DNA from: Klebsormidium nitens
Lineage: Eukaryota; Plantae; Klebsormidiophyceae
Direction: 5' to 3'
Length of the DNA: 44,432 nucleotides
NCBI GenBank assembly: GCA_000708835.1
Contig: DF237633.1
Span: 1-44,432, forward strand
The translations under genes and the position numbers were made by a program. The notes under the pieces were generated by a model. The model saw nothing but the letters and a program-made list of their open reading frames with translations. It was not told the DNA's origin and searched no databases. Positions 35,801 to 44,432 of the stretch are shown here, in pieces. Each line of letters begins with the position of its first letter. Positions within the stretch are counted from its first letter, which is position 1.

Positions 35801-38800
35801 ACAAAGCCAAAGCGAAGTCGTCAAAGAAAGTTCATGACACTGTCCTTTCCTGTCAAGTTATGGTTCTAAATACGCCCCCTGTTTAGTGGGACATTTCACC
35901 CTCCTTCCGCAGGTTTTGGAGCGCAAGGAACGCCTTGCCAAGATGTGCAGCCCTCTTCCAGCACGAGTTGAAAGCGAAGCCCGTCAAGAAGATCCAAGAA
36001 GATCAAGGACCCTTTCTTCTATAACCCTCTGTTGATCACCTCAATTGATACGCCTGAATCAGCCCCCCCGATTCTATACCCCACTCCCCACCACCCCGCA
36101 GGTTTTGGAGCGCAAGGAGCGTCTTGCCAAGATGCGCAGCCTTTCCTTCCAGCACGAGTCCAAAGCCCAGCACGTCAAGAAGGCCCAAAATTCGTTCTGC
36201 CTGAATCAGGGATGGATGATCTGAATACACCCGTCTGATATTATATTCCAGCCCCCTTCTCGCAGGTTTTGAGCGCAAGGGACGTCTCGCCACACTGCGC
36301 AGCAGGGAGCACGAGTCCAAAGCAAAGCGCGTCAAGAAGATCACGAGCCCTTCCTTTCTTCTTTGTGTTTGTTATCAAACCACCTCTCCGAATTGACAGT
36401 ACACTTCACCTTCTTTCCGCAGGTCTTGGAGCGAAAGGAACGGCTCGCCAAGATGCGCAGCCTGCTGTTTCAGCACGAGTCGAAAGCGAAGCGCGTCAAG
36501 AAGATCAAGAGCAAGGCGTTCCATCGGGCGCAGGCCAAGTCGCGAGCCAAGGAACGCGCGAAGAACGGGGGCGAGGTCGACCGAGAAGCCGCGCGCGAGG
36601 AGGCGCTGAAAGAGGAGTTCAAGCGCGCGCAAGAGAGAATGACGCTGGAGCATAAGAACACGAGCAAGTGGGCGAAACGAGCGCTGAAGAGGGGGCTCGA
36701 GGCGCACGTGGAAGACGGGACGAGGGAGGCGATCGCCGAGCAGCTGAGGATGCACGCGGCGCTGACGAGGAAGGTGAGGAGCAGAATTGGTTGCCTCCAT
36801 TTTGCCTTAAAGAGGGCGTCAGACTATAGCATACCGTCCCGGCTCGAGTTTTCTTGGACCAACTCGGAAGCACGGTGACTCCTAGCACAGTTGGCAAGGG
36901 TGCTTGACCTTCGCCGTGAATTCAGCGATCGAAACTCGGTCGGAGCAACTTTTCTCCTTTTTCCGCACGCCGCGCATGTCGAACTCACACCGGTTTTCAA
37001 ATTTCACGTCACGCGGGCAGACTTTCCGTGCGATTAAAATTCACCGTACGCGGCTGACGTCAGGCGTTACGGGTCACAGGACGCCCTCTTTAAGTCAGGC
37101 CTACGTTCATCCGTCCCCCGGGCTGAAAGACTGAACGAAACCCAAAGCTAACATGCTCCACTCTGGTAACCATCCTAAGTCCCCAAACCAACGTAACTCG
37201 TCCCTGGGCAACGACCCAACTCAACGTAGCCGTATTTCAACGGAGTTATGATACTACTGCCTGTTTCCGAAGGGATGTGTCATTTGAGTTGGGTTGCAGC
37301 AGTTTCGGTCCTCACTGTATTTGCGATTGAGCACTTTTCTGACTCCTTGTTACCGCGGGAGACCTGGACCTGCATATTCAAGTGCGGGTCGTTTTCCTGG
37401 GCTGTTTCTGTGCGCCCTTCTGGAAGGATATTGTGCCCGTTGGTTCTCGTCCTTCTGCCTGTGACGCTTGCGTGAGCCCGTTCTCTGTGCCACTTTTTTG
37501 GAGCTCGCACTTTGACATTTGCTGCACTTGATCTGTGGCACTTGTTTGGCTAGTGAACCCGATGGGTTTGAACACTTTCGGTTTAGGAAGTCAAAAAGGC
37601 GGTTACCGGCGCAGTCGCATCCTGTACACTCTTTCAAAAAGAACACCTCCAGAGTTTTTGGACGTTGAAGCAGCCTGCGAAAGCTGGTCAGGTTCAAGCC
37701 GTTCGATATTCCTCACTCGCCACGGATTTGGCCTTTCTCGAGGACGCTAGTCATTGCATTCCGTAGTCTCTCCGCTTGTGAACTGCTTGAAAGACCCTTT
37801 TCCCTCTTTGGCGACTCCTTCACATCTCCAAAATTTGAATCCCTCTTTTCTGACATTTTCTGGGTTGCTATACCTGATTTTCGACTTCCGTCCTGTCAGG
37901 TCGATCGGATGGACGACAAGAACAGCAGCGACGAGAGCAGCAGCGAAGACGAGTACGATGACGTCACTGCTGACGTGGCGGACGGGGAGACCGCCGAAGG
38001 GCTGCGGCTTGCTCGCGAAACGGCCCGTGACAAGGCGGCGGTGCTCCGGGTTTTGGATGAAGATCCTGAGGGGGATAAACCTAGAAAGGGGCTCTTCGCG
38101 CTGCCATTCATGGTAAGAATGCTTGCGGAATGTCGTGTGTTTGCACGCAATTCAAGGAAAAGCATCCGGATGCTTTGGATGGGTTTGCGAGTTACACTGC
38201 GATGATTTTGCATGAGGACCCTGAGGAGGACAAACCTAGAAAGGGGGCTCTTTGCGCCGCCGTTCGTGGTAAGAATGCTTGCAATTCTCTCTGATTACCA
38301 CTCGGTTCGAGGAGAACCGTTTAAGTGGTCTGGTTCGGCCTGCTGTTTACATGGGCGATGATTTGGTCGAAGATTCTGAGGGTGAGAAGTTTCGGAAGGG
38401 GCTGTTTGCGCTGTCGTTCATGGTAAGGTGGCGGAAAGATATTCGCTTGCACCTTCAGGTTTTGGAAGGGTTTCTCTGAAGGGTTTGGTTCGGCTTGCTG
38501 ATTACATGGGCGATGCTTTTGGAGGAGGATTGTGACAGAGAGAAGCTTAGGAAGGGGTTCTTTGCGCCGCCGTTCATGGTCAGGGGTCGGGGGAAAGTTT
38601 GTCTCGTACCAGCGTCTGGTTGTGTGGGAGGAGTGAGGGAACTTTGGTCTGCCAAAAGTTAGCCATGAAACAGCGGTACTGGGTGACTGTCGTACCTTTC
38701 AGCTACGCCAACCTCCTGGAACATTTCAAATATATGCATTCCTATCGAAGCCGAGGACAATGATCGTCAAAACCTCGCTTTCTGCTGCAAATTTCATCAG

Positions 38801-41800
38801 CCTTTTCCCTGCGTTCTCAACTGCCATTAAAAGGGATTCCGTATCCTTGCGTTCAAGTTCGCTGCTCTTTGTCAGGACCTACTGCCTTTGCGTTGCTATC
38901 AATCGCCTTGACGAGTTCTCGTCATGGGTTGTCCTAGTTCTTGCAAACGAAAGTGTCAGCCAGTAAAACGCTGAGTGTTTGTGGTCGTGTTCGTTCTGTG
39001 GCGATGAGATTGGACCGTCGCCATTTCCTTTGCGACTTGCTTGATTTCATTCCCTGCTCCACAGAAGTTGCGCTGCCAGACGCTCCGCAATCCATAAGAT
39101 GTCGCATTCTGACGCACTTGTCCTTCGTCTTCCTGGTTTCTCTTCTCCTGGTCACGAAGTGTCAACTGCTGGCGCAAAGAGCCCTTGCTTTATCTAGATG
39201 CGTTCCTCAGCATGCTCATTTCAATGTTGCTTAGTCATCGTTGTTTTGCATTCTTTGTTCTATCTTGATGTATACATGTGTTCGTTTGCTTCGTTTTTCA
39301 TTCTACCCGCCTCCAGTGATCGTCAGTTTCCGTCCGTCGTTGTTCCTCGTCTCTATGTTTTGTAAAGTCGTGGGGAGCATGTCTCCGGTACCTGTGAAGT
39401 CCCCAGAATTGATTTTCAAACCGGAAACACGTCTCTCACTTCAAGTGTTAAGATGTTCTTAACCTGTTTAAAGTTGTCAAAGACATCTCTGTGATTCCTG
39501 TGACATTGTCAGAAATGTCAGCATGCGTATTGCTCTCTACAGGCACGTGCCTTGGACCGCAAGAGTCAGGAGGCACGTGACGAGGCGATGGCGCTGCTAG
39601 ACGAGCTGGAGCACCGACAGGACCCCGAGGCGACAGCTGGCAACCCCGAGGACGCGCCACGTGGCACCACCGAGGCGCTGCCACCTGGCACCAGTGGCCG
39701 CATGTCATTCGGCGCGGCGGCTGCCGGTGTGAGTAGGCCCCACGCAAGCGACGATGAGGGCGGCGATTTTGAGGGGGACTCCGACCTCGAGGGGGGGTCG
39801 CAGAGCGAGGGGGAAGCAAAGGGGGAAGCAAAGGGGGAGGGAGAGGGGGGACGTCGGAGAGGGGGGGCAAAACGGGGGCCTGCTGAGGGGAGGGGAAAAG
39901 TGGAGATTCTGGAAGGGGAGGGTGAGTTGGCGCAGCTGGGGCTGCCGGGGGGGTTCCGGACAGCAACGGAGGGGCCTGTGAGCGTGGGAGGAGGGGGGGT
40001 GGCGGAAAGCATCGAAAACGGGGGGGGTGACGTCAGCATGGAGGGAGGGGGAGAGGGCGGGGAGCGCGCTCACTCGTGGTTGTTCCGGAGTGGGGGGGCC
40101 GAGAAGAGTAGGGCGGAGGGGGGAGTAGCGGACGAAACGATCTCAGCGGGGGCCACGGTTAAGAAGCATAAGCGGGGTTTAAACGGCGTGGAGATTGCGG
40201 GAGTAAAAGGGGGAATGAACGGTACTCAGAAAGCGGGTTCGGAGAGTTTGCACGTAGATGGGGAAAACAGTGCGCAGATAGCGGGTTCATCGGAAGTACG
40301 GATAGGCCCTGCGGAAGAGAGTGGCGCGAAGAATGCAAACGAAGGGAGTGATGGTCTTAATGCACGACCAGAGCAGAATGGGGGGGTAGATGCGGTGACG
40401 TTTTTGGAGGGGGGAAGCGAAGACGAGGGGGAAGGCGTTCCGGGCGCAGATCTGCTGCAAACAGACCTGTCACAGGCGGAACTGGTCCGAAGGGCGTTTG
40501 CGGGGGATGACGTGGAAGCGGATTTCGAAGCTCGCAAGGCTGAGATGGTGAGGTGACGTCAGCTTGGTGGATGTCAGCTGAGGCGTGTTGAAGTGACTGT
40601 GTGGCGAGAGTTGTCCTGGACTTATTGTTGGGCTGATGGTCACACCAGGTGTGGTGACGAGTGCCGGAACCTTGTCTAATGAGAACGCATACATGTTTAT
40701 CAGTGGCCTCGACGAGAGCAAATATGAGCTGATGCAAGGTCGTCTTTCCGCAGCAGTTCGGCTCTCGTCGAGCAGTCCGTCTGTTACTTATGAACGAAAG
40801 AGAGATCTGACACTAGACTCGCTCCTTTCTTCACTCTATGTGGGTTTCGTACTAAAGTCGGTTATTAAAATTCTTCCGCCATAATACCGTTGCACGAATA
40901 AGACTTGGCCATCGATGACCCGGTGATTCTCCTTAGTTGGGTTGTAAAGATCTTTCGCCGCAAATTGCTTGTCACTATCCTGATCATCATCTGAACAACC
41001 CGACGTTTCAAATTTACCGCAAAACAAAGAAGTCCCCGCCATCGGCCTGGTCAACCCAATAGATGCGAGGCTTGTACTCCTTGGTTCTTAGATTCAAACC
41101 TGCACAACCTCGCAATATTTTGCTCTTATAATGTCGTTCAAGAGTTTGAGCCTGCTGCTCAACCGAAAGAATCTGGACAAACCCGCCGTCTCCGTTTCGC
41201 AGCTGGACAAAGAAGTTCCGGCCATTGAGGGCCCGGTGCTTCCCCTCACTTGCGGTTCAAAGAATTTGCCACGACTCGCCCGGTCACCTTTTCCGTTGGT
41301 CGTCTAACAAACCCGCCGTTTCCGATTCGCAGCTGGACGAAGAAGTCCCGGCCATTGAGGGCCCGGTGTTTCTCCCGTTGATTGCGATTCAAAACCATTC
41401 CCCACGCCTAGTCTCCTTTTCCGTCATTCGTCTAACAAGTCCGCCGTCTTCATTCCGCAGCTTGACGAAGAAGTTCCGGCGATTGAGGGCCCGGTGACTC
41501 TCCCCGGGTGGGGCCAATGGACTGGCGTCCAGAAGAAGAAGGGGCTCCCCGGTTGGATCGTGAAAGAGCAGAAGGATAACGAGAAGAAGCGGAACCAGGC
41601 GATGGCGAAGCGGCAAGACGCCGGCAGGAAGCACGTCATTATCAGCGAGAAGTGGGACAAGAAGGTGAGGGTGATTGACTATCATTGGAGACACGTGTTG
41701 TCCTCAATGCAGAGCACGTCACTGGGGTTTTGTTCGTTCAAAGCGCGTCCTTCCGGGAAATTTGTTCCAGAACGTTGGCAGGACTCCTGTCTGCTCAGGT

Positions 41801-42598
41801 GTCCTGTGAGCGCTTCCAAGAAAGAAGGCCCGTCAGCTGTTGAGTTATATATAGACACGGTGCAAGGTGCTCGTAAGCCCTTAAAATTGTGATCGTAGAC
41901 GCTGAGATCGGATTGTGAGAACGTGAATATGAAGAAGTTTTTTTGAAAGCATAGCGCAGGCGTTCTGGACCTTGAGCTCCGGTTAAGCTTACCTGTAAAG
42001 TGTTTGCGAAAAAACGCTCTTCTTCGTGTTTGCTTCTTCAATGCTCCCCTGTAAGGGTGCTGCATATGTCTGATTCGACTGGCGGCAACACAAAGCTCAT
42101 AGGAGTTGATTCCAGTCTGGGAGGAGCGCGGAGCAGGTGGCGTTCTTGAAAAGGCTGTTGGGTGCACGTCAGAAGCGGTGACGTGGCATTCCCGGCCTTT
42201 AAGCTCGTTGTGAACAAGCCACATCTTCTCCCGTCTGTACCACGCGGTGACAGGTTGCGAGGTACATCAGGCACGAAGTCACTATGCATGACGTCAGGTG
42301 ATGATGCATTCTTTTAATTCTGGGCTTTGCGTTCCAGGCTGCCAAGTACGCCGCCGAGGGCGTCCCCTTCCCTTTCAAGGACCGGGAGGCCTTCGAGCGG
42401 AGCCTGCGGAATCCGCTCGGCCGGGAGTACAACACGGATTCCGCCCACCGGAACCTGATCCGGCCGCCTGTGATCAAGAGCACGGGGGTGATCATCGACC
42501 CGATCAAGTATGTGAAGCCGGAGCAGAAGGGAAGAGCTGAGAAGCCCAGCGCGGGAAAGAAGGGCAAAGGCAACGGTAAAGATACTTCACGAAATTGA
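32815..42598 (+). CDS. UTP14: U3 snoRNA-associated protein 14 (SSU processome), 8 exons, ~1075 aa
   Basis: Exons 32815-33054, 33818-34346, 35047-35471, 36423-36773, 37900-38112, 39543-40547, 41461-41664, 42338-42598; phases consistent. Motifs KW.PLVK.NREA, LAKMRSLLF.HE.KAKRVKKIKSK, ERMTLEHKNTSKWAK, KGLFALPFM, RRAFAGDDVEADF, LPGWGQW, VIISEK.DKK, VPFPF..EAFERSLRNPLG.EYN. A further 3' exon cannot be excluded. Confidence 0.95.
35735..36350 (+). repeat. 4 degenerate copies of UTP14 exon 4 acceptor plus 5' end
   Basis: CAG|GTTTT(G)GA.CGCAAG... copies start at 35749, 35913, 36102 and 36266; real exon at 36423. All keep AG. Confidence 0.93.
38200..38585 (+). repeat. 3 degenerate copies of UTP14 exon 5 3' end plus donor
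   Basis: Copies of EDPEGDKPRKGLFALPFM|GT. Donors at 38269, 38423 and 38579; real at 38113. Confidence 0.92.
41178..41380 (+). repeat. 2 degenerate copies of UTP14 exon 7 acceptor plus 5' end
   Basis: CAAACCCGCCGT..CGCAG|CTGGAC.AAGAAGT.CCGGCCATTGAGGGCCCGGTG; exon-equivalent starts at 41203 and 41333; real at 41461. Confidence 0.93.
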
Positions 42599-44205
42599 TC
42601 TTTAGATGCAGTTTGACGTGAGATGCTCCCAGAATTCCTCGTAGGACTCGTCCTTTATTGATTAAGACGGACAATTGGTTTTCGAAGGTCTTCAATGTGA
42701 AGAAGCTAGCAAACGTGGTAGAAGTGCCAAAGGGCATTGATGTCAAGGCTGTCAGCGCCTTGCATGCACTTTGCTAGCAGAGCTTCTTAGCAAAAAAAGC
42801 GGTGAATCGTGCAAGACAATATGCACGATAAGGTGGTGCATAGCAGTGCACAATATGCAAATAAATAGATGCGTCTGCTTTTAATTTCAATGACATACTT
42901 CAGGTACATCCTCCCGATAATCATTGTGCGGTGCGTGAGTTGAGAATTGCGGCCGCATTCCATGTTACTAATTAGGGCTGGCAGTCAACTTGTCAAATGC
43001 AGCGCATGTGACATGTTGTGGAGTAGTTGTTTGCTAGCCTGGCACATGCGCGCAGAATTGACTTTGAAATGTGAGCCTGATTGCATGGCTAGAGAACATT
43101 CAAATGGCATGGATATTGCAAAGGCCGGTATTGAGGGGTCATGAAGGGGTGAGTTCGGTACCAACACGATATCCACGCATTTTATTAGTTCAAGGTTGCA
43201 ATTATATCAGTTCCATCAATCAGAAACCTCACCTTTCCAGAGGCCGGCACGCTTTTTCCCAACCATGTACAAGTCGTTTTGAAGCATCCGGCCGTAATTT
43301 GATGCTCGATAAGCTCTAGGCGGATCCGGGTCGAGCGCATAGCGTATGGACATCATATGAGCATATAGGCATATAAAATGATGCACGGATATGTTTCTGC
43401 CTAGTCTGATAGTCTAGTTGGCTAGGCGTGAGACTCAGACATAAGCTCGATTGCAAATTTGCTCCTGCAACCTTATGTAAGTTGCTGGTAATATAGACTT
43501 CAGAGGGCGGTCTGATACCGGTGCACCTCTGTCCAATTATTAGTTTAAAAAGAAAGAAAAAAAAAATGCCAGTGCATATGTTTTAATGTGCATATATATG
43601 TTCAATGCGGACATCGTTGGTAGTTTGTTCGTTGGGCCAGTGCATTCTTAGATAGCATGGACGGTTGGTCAAGCATCGACCTCGACTCGATTAGGGCTCG
43701 ATTATGACAGGCATGACAGACACCTGAAGCCAAAAGCTTGAGTAAGTTCGATGATAGATGTTCTCCTCGTGTTCTCTAGCTTGTCAATTTTGATATTTCA
43801 ATTGTTCTGCTGGGCAGTAAGCCTGCGGCCGGTTACATGGTCTAAAACCGGCCTATTTTCCTCCTATTTTGACGTGCAAGGCTTAGAAGGTTACCCAAGC
43901 GTTAGGGCATGCCAGCATAGCATGATTGTGGTTGGCCAAGCCCGAGAAAACCAGTGGCAAGCATGTCAAAACTATTGAACGAGTATTGAACTTGCTCAAT
44001 TGGAGTTACTCATCTCGAATATAACAAGGTCGAGAATGTTAGTTTGTCAATGTTGCACCCGGACATGAGCACGTAAGCCGTGTTCATGTAAATTCTGCAT
44101 ATAATGACTAGATCAAGCAGCGAGCCAGTGACGGTGACAGCTGCTACTTGGCGAGAACGTGCAATTAACACGTACTAGCTGGGAGAATGGTCGTCATGCG
44201 AGTCT

Positions 44206-44330
44206 GCGAGGGAACCCGAGTTCGATATCATTGATGTACGGTCTCTTTATGTGAAGCCTTCTACGCGAGGAACCCGAGTTCGATGATGTTAAAGGTCTCT
44301 TCTCAGAATATGAAGGACTTCAATGATCCC
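44206..44330. repeat. Short degenerate tandem duplication (~59-bp unit)
   Basis: GCGAGG(G)AACCCGAGTTCGAT at 44206 and 44265, followed by similar ...GGTCTCTT...TGAAG. Confidence 0.6.
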
Positions 44331-44432
44331 TTTCATTCCTCCTACCAAATTTAACTTGAAGGGTGCTCGGAAGCGGAATTTGTTGGTCGTGGCCCGTACA
44401 TACGGTAGATCATGGCTACCGTACTTACAAGC

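Noticed and set aside
29881-38585. Regularly spaced repeats as a CRISPR array
   Set aside because: Units are degenerate copies of adjacent exon ends in a eukaryotic gene context, with no cas genes.
26264-40073. Long antisense or alternative-frame ORFs (26264-26791, 29468-30094, 33814-34269, 34994-35482, 39566-40039; also 5307-5858)
   Set aside because: Shadows of GC-rich real exons on the opposite strand.

Overview
Eukaryotic, intron-rich DNA of the green-plant lineage. GC-rich exons, GT-AG introns and plant-type genes suggest a streptophyte alga such as Klebsormidium (inference). Left part (1-11.7 kb) is a transposon graveyard: a decayed Plavaka/CMC-like DNA transposase, a convergent unknown ORF, a spliced CENH3-like histone H3 pseudogene with a long charged C-terminal tail, and several rearranged Ty3/gypsy fragments around two N-gaps. 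The middle (12.7-22.4 kb) holds a divergent MATE transporter and bestrophin-like gene pair, each with one frameshift, separated by a MITE-like inverted repeat. The right part (23.4-42.6 kb) holds three intact housekeeping genes: WDR55 (-), COA3-like (-) and UTP14 (+). Two highlights. (1) The introns of WDR55 and UTP14, and the 3' flank of COA3, carry 22 degenerate 'echo' copies of exon ends in 8 arrays. Each copy straddles a splice site or stop codon, most are spaced 150-168 bp apart, and the best-preserved ones differ from the live exon mainly at synonymous sites. (2) A CENH3-like histone is apparently carried inside a DNA transposon. All gene models, alignments and counts were made by hand from the sequence; no database searches were run.
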